Program-made: the position numbers and the translations under genes
Notes under the pieces: model-generated
What the model was told of the DNA's origin: nothing
The model's database searches: none
Seen by the model: the letters and a program-made list of their open reading frames with translations, nothing else
Part shown: positions 1 through 12,640 of the stretch, piece after piece
Numbering within the stretch: the first letter of the stretch is position 1
Layout of the letters: each line of letters begins with the position of its first letter
From: the human T2T-CHM13v2.0 reference genome, Homo sapiens
Length of the DNA: 64,000 bases
Reading direction: 5' to 3' (one strand)
NCBI RefSeq assembly: GCF_009914755.1
Contig: NC_060935.1

Positions 1-165
1 TGGGGGACAGAATGTAGAAACATTCTATAAACTTTGCATATCTAATGGAACCCAGCATGGATACTCTTTACTAAGAATTTGCCTCTGTGATTAGGTAAAT
101 TTTAATTTTCTCCCAACAGTGCCCTAACCGGCGAAATGAAAATACTAACTATATTTTAGAAAAGT

Positions 166-171
166 TTTAAT
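166..171 (-). terminator. E2F8: E2F8 polyadenylation signal ATTAAA
   Basis: ATTAAA on the minus strand at the end of an AU-rich ~600-nt 3'UTR, followed by a U-rich tract. Confidence 0.7.
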
Positions 172-556
172 TTGAACAACTTATGATTAAAAATACATTT
201 TATAAATAATTTTTCCATAGACTTGATTGAGGATTGTTGCAAACTTTACAAAAAGATACACTGCAACAACAGATTAAAGAAATTACAAAAAATATAGCTA
301 TACCCCTATTTAAAAATACAACATTATACATCACACAGCATTTTCTTTGTGCAAAATGTTTAAGGGAATGCTGTGTTAGGCATGTCAAGCATACTTGCTT
401 AGAGGGAAGTAAACTTTAATACAGTTACTTTGCATAATAGTATAGGCATAGCTAAAATAATGGATTTTTCCCCCTAGAAGTTAATATATCTTAGAGTTCA
501 ACATTTTACTTTTATTTTGTAGGATTGAAAGCTAAACTTAGCTTTATACAAATATA

Positions 557-596
<40 letters not shown>
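557..596. repeat. (TG)12(TA)8 compound microsatellite in the E2F8 3'UTR
   Basis: read directly from the sequence. Confidence 0.95.
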
Positions 597-597
<1 letters not shown>

Positions 598-744
598 GTA
601 TGAAAACAACTATCTGATTTCACATTGAACAAATCCCCAACGTATTTACAGTATTTTCAGAGAATGTGTTCTCCAAATCAGTCTGTGTACATTTTCTCTA
701 TTAAACAACTCTTTAGAAAATTAAACTAAGCCAACATCTGTTGA

Positions 745-927
745 TTAATGGACATCCTCTGTTGAGACTTCCAGTTTTCGCTGTGGGACAAAGAGAGTTC
801 CTAAGGAGGTTTTATTAGCACCCTCAAAATCCATGCAGGATGAGCTGGTTGGCTTGGTGGGTCCACCTGGGGTACGGAAGAAACTTTCGGCCACTAATTG
901 TGACCCTTTGGGTGTCACAGGAACAGG
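745..927 (-). CDS. E2F8: E2F8 exon 13, coding part (PVPVTPKG...STEDVH*)
   Basis: aatcag|CCT acceptor; TAA stop at 745-747. Confidence 0.97.
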   Translation of the reverse strand, partial: PVPVTPKGSQLVAESFFRTPGGPTKPTSSSCMDFEGANKTSLGTLFVPQRKLEVSTEDVH

Positions 928-1307
928 CTGATTGGAAAGAGAAGAATGGACAAAAGAAGTCAACCACACACAGGTACATAGTCTTACCAGACTTGGAAGA
1001 TTGGGCTGGATGAATGTATTGCACATTGGGAAACTGGCGTATCTTGAAATTGGCGAGGGAAGCTTTGGTGAGTTTTACATTCTCAATTATTTTTGTTAGG
1101 GGAGAGACAAAAATCTCATGATAACCCAATAATATGGATGCCTTGGACACTCTTCCTGGGTTCTGGAAGAAACATAGGCCTTCAATCTCCGGACTTTCCC
1201 ATCCTTTCCCTCTCCAAAGAGGAAAAGCAAAAGCCAATCTCTTATGACACAGATACTTGGGGCTTAGTAATTCCAGGAAAAATTAAATTAAGTAGAAAGC
1301 CTCTCAC

Positions 1308-1702
1308 CTGTTGTGCCCCTGTCACAGCAACTGATTGTCCATTTGGCTGGCTCTGGCCTGGGACTGGTGAGTCATAGTTGGTGGCCCTTCCTTGCTGAGT
1401 GCCTGCATTTTCTGGTGCGACATTAACAGACTCTATTCTTGGAGACACAGGAACGATTCCAGACCCAGGGCTGGCAGACAACTGCACATTGGGTGAGATG
1501 AGTCCCAGGTGCTGCAGGGTGAAGTTTACAATGGCTGAGCTTGGGTTCTGGATGGGAACAGGGTGGCTTGAAGCGAGAGCCGGGCTGTTCCCGACAGGTA
1601 CGGCTGCCACGGAAGTTGGTGAGACCATTAGCTTCAACGGTGTTACATGAAAAGAGGGAAAATTAACAGCAGTGAGTTCAGATGATGTCACTGGAATAAC
1701 AC
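1308..1702 (-). CDS. E2F8: E2F8 exon 12
   Basis: ttccag|GT acceptor, CAG|gtgaga donor; 395 nt; matches ORF 1242-1691. Confidence 0.96.
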
Positions 1703-1818
1703 CTGGAAGGAAAAGGGGGAAGATATCTTAAAAGCACAGGCATTTATCCAAGAAGTTGACAAGGCTTAAGTGAACTTGAGACCGGCCCACATCTGGTTAG
1801 TGTTTTATGTGCACTCAC

Positions 1819-1951
1819 CTGCAATTGGGGAGCTGTAAATCCTGTGGTTTGGGGAAAGAGCACTTGAGTTTTCTTTACCAGACAAAATGGACTCTGCCCC
1901 CAGGGATGAGCACTGCGTGAGAGGGATTAGGTATCCTGATGGGAACAAGGT
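1819..1951 (-). CDS. E2F8: E2F8 exon 11 (TLFPSGYLIPL...KEN657...SPIA)
   Basis: ttctag|ACC acceptor, G|gtgagt donor; 133 nt. Confidence 0.95.
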
Positions 1952-2619
1952 CTAGAAAACAAGGAGGAAGGGTTTATTTTACACACAAATACAGGAAGAA
2001 AAATGGCCACGTGCCTCTTTCAGGACTAATATCCCTTGGTGGTTGCCTCATTGGACCAAAGCCTCCAGCGGAGTGGGCTGCAGGCAGGCTGGTCACCTGG
2101 CTCCTAGAGGAGAATACCCTCCCACCCTTTCCAATGCTTGCCCCGAATAATACAGAACATGTTTCTTAAATGCCACCTGTGGTCTTAGGACACCTTTGGA
2201 TGATGGCACTGACCCTGCTTAGGGGTAAGGATTCATCCAGCACACCACTCTTAAACTGATAACTTAACTCTTGCTACTGGACTCCTTGGTATGATGTAGT
2301 AGTAATTGATTGTTCTTGAATTATGTAGAACGGTATTTCCCAAAGGGCATTCTGAGGGACCTGAGGTCCATGGGTTGCAAACAGGCATTACCTGATTCTT
2401 GGTCAAATATAATTGGAAAATACTGAATTAAACAAAGTCAAATGGTGTCTTTATTAGAGAATTTCCAAGAGATTTTAATGGTGGCATGCCTTAAAATTCT
2501 CCAAGTGGGGCACACAGCAGGTAGCATTTCCCAAACTATTTGGCAACTATATTTTCAGTAGGCAATTAAGGAGGACTAGTATTCTAAGGAAACACTTTAA
2601 ATGACATTGATTTAGAGAA

Positions 2620-2839
2620 AGGGGGCTAAACTATTGGCCATGTGCCAATTCCCACTCCCTGCCTGTTTTTATAAATAAAGTTTCATTGGAACACAATCAT
2701 ACTCATTCATTTATGTACTGCCTATAGCAACTTTCCTGCTACAATGGCAGAGTTGACTAGGTGCAACAGAGCCCATATGGCCTTAAAACCCAAAAAATGT
2801 CTACTATCTGGCCCTTTAAAGAACGTTTGCTGGCCCCTG
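2620..2839. mobile_element. MER58A-like hAT/Charlie DNA transposon
   Basis: resembles the MER58 consensus (ataaagttt.attggaacaca...tatctggcccttta...gcccctg). Confidence 0.7.
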
Positions 2840-3892
2840 ATTTAAAACAGAAATTATATAAGTAAAGATTTCTTTCTAGTACTGCTTGCTCTAATGATAA
2901 CAAGCAGTCTTAAAATACGCAAAGTACACCAGAGTTAAAAAAATTACAAATAAGAGAACTGATTAATTCATATTAGAGACGCACATGCCATTGAGCAAAA
3001 GCTTTAGGCAATAAAGTTATATTGCAACTAGAAAAGGCCCAAGGGTAGGGTTGCATGTACCTCCCAACATGCCTATTAGATCACTGTACTTTCCCAAACA
3101 GAAAAAGTTTACACGGGTGCCTGAACTGCATGAAAAGTCTGCTTTAGCCTTACCATGAGCGGGACTGGCAAAAGCTAAAAACCGCTCTTATAAACTAGGG
3201 ACCTCCTTTTTTCTTCCTTCAGACCTTTCTTCTCTCCATTGTCAAAACAAGTTTAATCTAGTTGTTAATAGGTCTTTTCCTTGGGAACCAGGAAATTCAG
3301 AATCCACAAAGCTAAAAGTATACTACAAGCTTTTAATTTTGTTTCTTAAGTACTTGGTCCCACTCAAAATCTCTACTAGTAGGTGCCTTGAAAACTGCAG
3401 GAAGAGAGAATTTTTAAGGGGCAAATTTAGGTGCTTTATGAAGACCTGCGCTCTATTAGCTTTAGTTATATTCTCTCATGGTACAAATTATTCTGACTGC
3501 TGGTTTAACTCTTTCAAGTCTTCAGTAAAACCCACAATAATAGAATAATAATTTTTAAATTTCCAACAAACTATATTCATTATAGAATCTTTTAACCTAT
3601 GCCAATTCCCTTTTTTATAAAATAATTAGAACTATTAAATTGCCGAATGAATCTGACATATTTGAACTTGAACTCTTCTAGCCTACAGTAGCCCTTCCAC
3701 CCCTTCCTCCTATCATGTCATCTTCATTCCTATCATTCACTACCTGATATGTTTGTGTTTACTTGCATACTTATCTTCTTTCCACCCCTAGAAGTATAAA
3801 TTCTCAGTAAAAATTTGTTGAATGAATTAACACATGACTCTCTCATTGTCTTTGTTTTGCTCAGGCCATACTAAAACGAAATGGTTAAAGTG

Positions 3893-4182
3893 GGCTGGGC
3901 ATGACGGCAAATGCCTGTGATCTCAGCACTTTGGGAAGCCAAGGCAGGCAGACTGCTTGAGCTCAGGAGTTCGAGACCAGGCTGAGCAACATGGTGAAAC
4001 CCCGTCTCCACAAAAAATAAAAAATTAGCCGGGCATGGCAGCACACCTGTAGTCTAAGTTACTTGGGAGACTGAGGTGGGAGGATCACTTAAGCCTTGGA
4101 GGTCGAGGCTGCAGTGAGCTAAAATCATGCCACTGCACTCCATTCTGGGTGACAGAGTAAGACCCTGTCTCAAAAGAAAAAA
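3893..4182 (+). mobile_element. AluJ-like SINE
   Basis: dimeric Alu with A tail; TSD gaaatggtta. Confidence 0.9.
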
Positions 4183-5540
4183 GAAATGGTTAGAGTTGCA
4201 GAGATATAAAAAAGAAGCAGGAGTATATGGAAAATCTATCCACTGAAAATCCTAATCCTGAATAACTATGTAAGCAACAGGAGACCATTATTAAATCATA
4301 CCCATTGGCCAAAAGAAGTTATGGACCTTCCAGAATATTGAAACCTTATGATTTCCCACTTGGCATATACATTAAATACAAAAGGATACTATGTAAGATA
4401 ATAGATGTTTTGAATGGTTACCATGAGGCCATCCTCAGGGAAGATTTGACAAACTCTAAGCTTCCTCTTTAATAACAACGTAACAGATAATACCTTTCAG
4501 CTTATAACACGTCTTAAAAGGATCAAACCCTTTTATGTGTATCATCATGGAATAAATTCACTTAACCCCACAAAAACTATCATATGCCCACAGGCAAGTA
4601 CCCAAAAGCAATTGCCACCAAAGGCAGGTGCTGGGTTAGATTTGATCCAGAGCACAGTGCTTTATATCCAGTAGGTGATGAGGAAAAACTGGTGGAATAA
4701 ATTATTTACCGATGCGGAAAAATAAGACAGAGAGAAGTAAAATAGCTTGTATTAAGAGCAGGGGCAAAATGAGAGATTAACTTTTACTTGCACATTTAGT
4801 GGTATTTATCGGATGATACAGTAATGTCTCTCATATATAATTGTCCTAAGGGAGGAAAATGAGATACTGTATGTAAAAGTGACTAATATCTATTATGTCT
4901 GCTATATGTGGGTAGGCATCCAATAAATATTAATTCCCTCCGGAACTAATCTCCACTTAGGAAAAAAATTTGTCTAGCATGTCAAAATCTCTAGAAACCA
5001 ATACATGAACTATATCTACAATTTGCCAAGATCAGTTTGATTTTTCTATTTACATGAAATAGAAATTTTGATTTAAATTTTAGGTAGAAAGTAAAAACGG
5101 GGAGCAATTTATCTTCTAGGCAACAGATGCCAGTTACATGACAACAAACAAACATTAGGTAATGACTCAGAAAGCAGGAGTTACAGGAACCCTATGCATC
5201 CACACGTTCATTTGGGGTTACGTCTGCTTGTAAATTATTTAAGACTTTCATGACAGCTGTTTGCATTCCAGTGTGTGATGGAGAAATGGACTTAAGGACA
5301 ACCACCCATGGTACTTTAAAAAGACAGCAAATAATCCCTTCCTCCAAAGGTTAAAAATGTCCCTGCCTTCATCCCAGCCAGGGGATTAGCTGTTGAGGGC
5401 CTCACTTGGATTATGGGATGCTAAGGAACAGTTCCTTGTCTTCTGAGAGAATGCTCTTCGGTAAATTTCACAAGCCACCAATCTTCCTGTAATAGACTAG
5501 GGAATTCCTAAAGCTTTGTGCAGTTCAAGGCTGTACTTAC

Positions 5541-6075
5541 TGCGGAGACATTTTCAAGTCCTTTTAGGTCCTCTTTAAATTTCTTTTTGGAACCACTGTC
5601 CTCGAGCATGCTTGCCCTCTTTGAGCCTCTTTCTCCAGCTGGCTCCCTGGTTCGGCTCTTTGCCCCTTGCCTCTCTGGTGCTGGCAGCAAGCTTCCAGGC
5701 CTGGTAGAGGCACTGGCCTTTGAGGTATCATTGGCTGCCTTCTCAGTGGTGGCATCTGTGGAGTCTTTTGAGCCAGTAGCTTTAGAAGAGTGGGTGGTGC
5801 ACACCGTTGGGCTCAGGCCTTGGGGTGGCGTCACACTTTGGTGGGCTTGAGTGGGCTGCAGGTAGATGGCATAGGATGGGCCTGAAGGGGCCTGAGGTAG
5901 GATCAGGGGCACTGCTGATGACAAGGGGCTGGGGATCAGGGGAACCATTCCCAGGGGCTGGATGAGGGACGGTGCTGTCAGCTCCATCTCAGCATTCACT
6001 GGGGGGTCCAGAGGGGCTACTGGTTTGCAGGGTCCAGATCTTGCCAGCTGTACTTTCACTTTCTGTCTGGATTCA
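5541..6075 (-). CDS. E2F8: E2F8 exon 10 (Pro/Ser-rich)
   Basis: tttcag|T acceptor, GCA|gtaagt donor; 535 nt; matches ORF 5508-6086. Confidence 0.96.
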
Positions 6076-6327
6076 CTGAAAGACAAGATTTAATACACGA
6101 CATGATGGATATACATTTTTTCTGAACTGTTCTACCGCTTTAAGCCTCATATTGAAGCCACGCTTTTATGGAACATGCAGATAATTTCTGTAATGAGTGA
6201 GTATGAGATACAGAAAAGATTAGCTCTCCAGTTCAAGGCTAGGGCTTCTTCTCACATAAAATAAGTAATCCTAACAATGTAATGTAAAAGTAATTCATCC
6301 TGTTATTAAAGAGGATTGCCAACCTAC

Positions 6328-6415
6328 CTTGATTGCTCTTCTAACTGCATTTTACAAATAGCTGCGAGCTGAGCCATTTTACTTGGGAAGGGTGCAGAAT
6401 TCTGAGAACTCTCAG
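6328..6415 (-). CDS. E2F8: E2F8 exon 9 (ESSQNSAPFPSKMAQLAAICKMQLEEQS)
   Basis: taccag|CT acceptor, AG|gtaggt donor; 88 nt; phases fit both neighbours. Confidence 0.95.
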
Positions 6416-6717
6416 CTGGTAAAATAGAAAGGAAGAGAGCACCGGTCAAAGCTAAAGAACAAATGTTCACACAGATGAAACCTCACTGAAGTCAGAGGAA
6501 CAGAAAGTGTGCACCTCCCCTCAAAGTTGCATAGCGATTAAACAATAAACCCCACAAATGACTTTTTAAATTTATACATTAGTTAGGCTTCAAGAGGGTT
6601 TGGGTATATAGATATTGAAATAATTCTCTGACAACTATTGCAAGGATCAAGTAAGCTGAAAAAATGAGATAAAAGGGAATTCTTCCTAGCAGATCCCTGA
6701 CATTCCTGAAAACATAC

Positions 6718-6921
6718 CTTTGTTGGTCTTGATAGGGCTACTGGGCGCAGAATTTATCTTTCTCCGATCACTTTCTATACTCTTTACCAATTTGATAAGA
6801 GATGGGTGTCGAGTAAAGTTTGGTTTCCCACGTGTGGAAAAGAGGTTTTTGGCACAGTTCTCTTTTGAAGACCGTCTCACCTCCAAATCAGAGGGAGTAA
6901 AATGAATGACTGGGCTGGAGC
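6718..6921 (-). CDS. E2F8: E2F8 exon 8 (includes KEN375 and FTRHPSL)
   Basis: tttcag|GC acceptor, G|gtatgt donor; 204 nt. Confidence 0.96.
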
Positions 6922-8034
6922 CTGAAACAGAAAACGTCTGTGTATTAAAACCTGGATGGCTCAGTTGGCTTTTGGGATATGAAATAAAACAATTTTAGGA
7001 ATAAAAGTGGCAAGTTACAGAGCACCGACCATGTGCCTGTCACTGTTCTAAGGGCTTTACAGAGAAAGCCTTGTTTATCTTATTAAATGGATTCTGAGAC
7101 ACAATATTTCCTACATTAGCATTTCTGAAACTGCACTATATCTTATAACCAGTGGTGTGCTAGAGTGTAGTTATTAGTGATTTTTCTTTCTTAGTGATAT
7201 AGAAAGAATTGTGCATCTTACAATCAGTGAAGTCTTAGATCTGATGAAATATGGGTGATCCTCACAGCTCCATGAGGTAACTGTTCCTCAAGAAATGCAG
7301 CCCTGTGTCGGAGATGAGAGCTCTGACCCACACAGACATTAACCTACTGGCTCAAGGTCTCTCAACTGGGAGCATGTGGGCCTGGGATATGAACCTGGTC
7401 AATATGGCCCCGGAATTTTCACTCCAAATTCCTGCACGAAAGGACCTCTCTCTGAGATTATACCAAAATCACAGTAACTCCACTGAGGTGCCATTGTTCT
7501 TCCCATTTCACCAAGGAGAAAACTAATCCTCGAAGAAGTAGCTTGTCTCAGGCCGCAAAGCCAGAGTGGCAGGGCTTGGAATGGAACCTAAGTTTCCCTC
7601 TGTCTTCATGGCCCACGTTCTTGTCATTTTCAATGATTCTGGGTGGGGATCTTTGGTAGAATGCAAAATGTCAGCATCGCAGAGTTAAGATGAAGGCTAG
7701 AAATATCTACTTTGATACCAGAGTGAACTCATTTCATATTCTCAATGGGCACAGGTTCTGTTGTGGTCACTGTGCCGCATAGCAGCAATAGTGTTTTATG
7801 CTTTGTGGTGCTTTCAACTTTCCGAATGCTTTCACATACAGATTGTACTTCTTGAACACAGGGTGGGAGGTTGTTATGGATCTTGGTTAGCTGATGGAGC
7901 CAGTAGCCAAACTTTCTATATTGCCATTCATCTTGAATCATCTTTTCAATCATATATATCTTTTCCATGTGGGGCGGTGAGTAGGAAGGGGAAGGGAAAA
8001 TATCTCCCAATGTGCATTAATTCAAAATAATAAA

Positions 8035-8252
8035 GCAGGATAAAGAAAATGTGGTACATATACACCATGGAATACTATGCAGCCATAAAAAGAAATGAGA
8101 TCATGTCCTCTGTGGGACACGGATGGAGCTGGAAGCCGTCATCCTCAGCAAACTAACATAGGAATAGAAAATCAAACACTGCATGTTCTCACTCGTAAGT
8201 GGGAGTTGAACAATGAGAACACATGGACACAGGGAGGGGAACAACACACACT
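8035..8252 (+). mobile_element. L1PA 3'-end fragment in E2F8 intron 7
   Basis: ataaagaaaatgtggtacatatacaccatggaatactatgcagcc...gggagttgaacaatgagaacacatggacacaggg. Confidence 0.88.
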
Positions 8253-8320
8253 GGAAATTAAAAATTAGAAAAACACACACACAAATAATAAAGCAGAGGG
8301 TGAAAGAAAAAAATACATAC

Positions 8321-8458
8321 CACTGGTATTTGGACTGATTTCTGGGCCGGTCCATTTGAAAGCTGGTTTTCGGCCTCTTTCCTCTGTAACATGAACTTTC
8401 TTGATAAGATCCAGGCTACTCAGAACATTAGCTATATCATACAACCTCCTAATTTTTG
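8321..8458 (-). CDS. E2F8: E2F8 exon 7 (DBD2 C-half, [15 protein letters not shown]...AFKWTGP)
   Basis: cccag|CA acceptor, G|gtatgt donor; 138 nt. Confidence 0.97.
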
Positions 8459-9583
8459 CTGGGAAAAAAAGTATATATACCACTTAATGGAATAATGAAA
8501 AGATCAAAGAATTTTCCTTCAGAAGGACTTCATGTATATTCTAAGAGCTGTCTTAACCATCAATGTCAGACAGAGAAACATCTGCCTCCTTTTAAGTTCT
8601 TCTGGTGATACAACTTTAATTAAGATAAAAAAGTTTTAAATATTTAAAAGACTCAATTACTGCTAGTACTCAATGTTGAAATGACAATAGCATACGTTGA
8701 CAAAGGAAAAACGACTTGATGAGATCACCCTATCTGAAACTATGTTACAGACTGTTTCAAAAATAAAGTCACCATTCCTGGGTATCTTCTAATGAGGATT
8801 CAGAAGAATTTTATGAGCAGAGAAGTAAAAGTATCTGTGATAAATGTCTTGCTTTTCTGCTTGTAATAGCTTATAACAAAATTTATTTACTATGGCAGCA
8901 TGGAAAATTCTGTACTCCATCAACATGTGTAATTTTTTAATACTGTCTATGTAACATGCAAAACATAGATCTGTGAACTTGACAAACCTCACATATCTTA
9001 AAGAGTTTTGTTACAAAAAGTCTGTTTTTTACTGCCATCTTGATAGTACAAATTACAAATCGAGTCTCCTTCCTAGCCATATCAGAAGGTTCTGAATTCC
9101 CTGGGGATTCAGTAACTTACACCTCTGCAGTTCCTGGAATAGTTTTCAAGGCTATGACTAACCAGTGAAACAAAGATGAAAACTATCCGGTGACTCACAA
9201 AAGGCAAGTAACCCCTCAGTAGTATCAGGACGTGTTTTCTGAAATTGCAGATCTCCCGATCTCCCGAGCCAAGTGCTCCTCCCCATCCTCTGAGCACTTC
9301 TTTCCACACCCTTCCTGCAAAGTCTGGTGTAATGGTGAGGGCATAGCTCTTTTGTTAGGAATCCAATCTACAGTCCCTTCCCAATTTTGAGCAGGTAATC
9401 TAGCTAAAACCATTCTTTCAAAATGGCAGACTACCTGTGCTGCAGGTCACTTCTGGGGACAATTTTATGAGTCATTTATAAACCCTCTGTAATCAGCATC
9501 AGTGGAAGGAGACCAGGGTGCAGACCCACTTTACAATTTACTCTCATTTAGAGCTTACACAGAACAGATTCTTCTAGTGTTTC

Positions 9584-9874
9584 CTTTTTTTTGAGACAGA
9601 GTCTTGCTCTGTCCCCCAGGCTGGAGTGCAGTGGCGCGATCTCGGCTCACTGCAAGCGCCGCCTCCCAGGTTCACGCCATTCTCCTGCCTCAGCCTCCTG
9701 AGTAACTGGGACTACAGGTGCACGCCACCACGCCCGGCTAATTTTTTTGTATTTTTAGTAGAGACGGGGTTTCACTGTGTTAGCCAGGTTGGTCTGGATC
9801 TCCTGACCTCATGATCCGCCCTCCTCGGCCTCCCAAAGTGCTGAGATTACAGGCTTCAGCCACCGCGCCTGGCC
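9584..9874 (-). mobile_element. AluY
   Basis: poly-T head; AluY diagnostics (ggttcacgccattc). Confidence 0.92.
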
Positions 9875-9943
9875 GTGTTTACTTTTGAGAACAATGTTAC
9901 AATATCAAATGAAGCAATGTGTCAAATAAGAGTAGTGATACTT

Positions 9944-10253
9944 GGCCAGGCGCAGTGGCTCAGGCCTGTAATTTTGGGAGGCCTCCCAAAATTTGGGAGG
10001 CCGAAGTGGGTGGATCACGAGGTCAAGAGATCGAGATCCTCCTGGCCAACATGGTGAAACCCCGTCTCCACTAAAAATATAAAAATTAGCCGGGTGTGGT
10101 GGCGCGCAACTGTAATCCCAGCTACTCCGGAGACTGAGGCAGGAGAATTGCTGGAACCCGGGAGGCAGATGTTGCAGTGAGCCTAGATCTCGCCACTGCA
10201 CTCCAGCCTAGCAAAAGAGCTAGACTCCGTCTAAAAAAAAAAAAAAAAAAAAA
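9944..10253 (+). mobile_element. AluSc-like with an internal palindromic rearrangement
   Basis: gtcaagagatcgag diagnostic; TSD aagagtagtgatactt. Confidence 0.9.
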
Positions 10254-10446
10254 GAGTAGTGATACTTATGTATCATAACAAGTTAGCTAAATCAATATTA
10301 TCATGGCTTCTGGGGAGAAGATATAAAAACATAATTAGAGAAGATCTGTTTATGCACCTATGTTTCCTAATTTGGAAATGAGTTTACGACTGAGATTTTA
10401 TTGTTTAAGAATAGGTTCAAAAATCCATGGCAGTCATGACACTTAC

Positions 10447-10608
10447 TTTTAAACTTGCTTTTATCCAAATCTTCCACATGGTCCTCCCCAATTAAAATCT
10501 TGGCAGCAACTTCTAGGCTTACTATCTGAGGCGTTGACACCAAAAACAGCATCACAAATTTCTGGCTCATTACCCTTAAAGACTTGTCTTTGCGGCTGTT
10601 TACAGAAG
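10447..10608 (-). CDS. E2F8: E2F8 exon 6 (DBD2 N-half, [19 protein letters not shown]...KSKFK)
   Basis: ctaaag|CT acceptor, A|gtaagt donor; 162 nt. Confidence 0.97.
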
Positions 10609-10830
10609 CTTTAGAGAAGGATGAGGATTAGAGAATTAAAATTCATAAAGGGACAAGTGACTTCTAAAGTAACAAGGCTAAAAATACTACCACCTGATCA
10701 TACAGCTGACAACTGTGGCATCTGAACATTAAAGGCAGCAGTAGCTTTAGAGCTGTGTTCTCCACAGAACCTTTTCCTTAGACAGAGGATAAATGCCATG
10801 CCGCCTGGAGTTTTCACTACCATCTCTCAC

Positions 10831-11145
10831 CTGCCCGAAATTCCACTCCAGGGAGTTCCACAAAACACATGTCTGGGTGTCCATTTGGGCCAGTGTTTGA
10901 TTTGATGATATGATCCTCTATACTGTAACTCTTAATAAAGTCAAACTCTTGCTCATATTCTTTCTTTTTGATCATCATAATCTGCTCGGCGTACTTATTC
11001 TCCTCCCCGATGCTCTTCAAGGTGCCAAGGGTTTTGTTGAGATTGTGTCGCCCGTGCCAAGTGTACCTGTTTTTGGCGAGGCGGCTCACCATATGTAAAC
11101 TCTCTAGGACGTTCACGATATCGTAAATGCGTCGACGTTCAACAT
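10831..11145 (-). CDS. E2F8: E2F8 exon 5 (DBD1 C-half, [16 protein letters not shown]...)
   Basis: tgtag|AT acceptor, G|gtgaga donor; 315 nt; matches ORF 10817-11116. Confidence 0.97.
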
Positions 11146-11454
11146 CTACAAAGAATGTGCAATTGTGTGTTACAGATTTTTGTAACGTGTTTAGAATTGA
11201 ATAGCTTTTTCTTCCATTGGTTTATTAGTCAGTAGGTCTTGGATAATATCACTTTCCTAACTGTAAGTGAACATACTCAACAAATACTGTGAAGGTGAGA
11301 AAGACATGTGCTTGCTTTCCAAGGGCACAAATCATATGAATTAGAAAGGCAACATTTAATGAGGGCCTAAGTTGTGCTACACAGCTTTAGGAAGTTTTCA
11401 CCCTAAACTTGTGAAGTAGGTATTATGATCTGCACTTTAAAAAGGATGAGAAAA

Positions 11455-11766
<312 letters not shown>

Positions 11767-12199
11767 GATGAGAAAACAGAGGCTCAGACCAGCTAAGTAG
11801 CTCACCCCAAAAGAGCTAGCAAGTAGCAAACCAAGTCTTTAAAACTCTACATCTCACACCTTCCAACCGCTTCCAATACAAACACGTACACACACGCCCA
11901 TCTGTAATGATCATAAGATAGAAACAAAATGCTGAGATTTCAGAAAAGTACAAAAACCATGATGTAGTTTTTAAAAACTTACATAAAAATAAAATATGCC
12001 TTTTTGGGTCTAATTTTGCTTACTTTCTAGCTATCATTAACAATATGATATTAGTAATTCTGTGACTCTATCTATTTAAATTGGGTTTTCAATATTCTGT
12101 AATGTTAGAATTCTCTTCGTTCAAGAAACTTAATTTCAATTTAAATATTTGATGAGATCAGCCTTTCTGGAAAAGTGATCAATAAAACACTATTTTAAT

Positions 12200-12640
12200 A
12201 AGGGTGCATCCTACCGACCTCTTGCTGTCCCTGGAACCTGCCAGATATGCACTTGCTTTGTACCGGCTGTTCCTTCTGCCTGGAACCCTTCTCCCTGATG
12301 TCCTTACAGCTCCCTACCTTGCTTCTTTCAAGTCCTTGCCCAGATGTCACCTTCTCAACGAAGCCTGATCTGACCACTTATGGCAAAGTACCTCCCCAGC
12401 ACTCCTGATCCCTTGATCCTGATCTACAATTTATTTTTTCCACTATGCATGTTACCTTCTAGCATGTATTATCCTTACTTACTTCCTATATCCTTTACTC
12501 AGTATCTATTGCCCCACTAGAATATAGGTTCTAAGAGAGAAGAGATTTTGCCCTTTTTGTTTACGGATGTATCCCAGGCTCCTACAACATTGCCTGACAC
12601 ATAGTAGTAGAAGATTAATAGATATTTGCTGAATATCCTA
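12200..12640. mobile_element. L2 fragment (approximate)
   Basis: degenerate L2 3' motifs (cagatgtcaccttctcaa..., attgcctgacacatagtag...gctgaat). Confidence 0.55.

Noticed and set aside
824-1237. 137-aa minus-strand ORF in intron 12/exon 13
   Set aside because: mostly intronic, out of frame with E2F8, no recognisable domain
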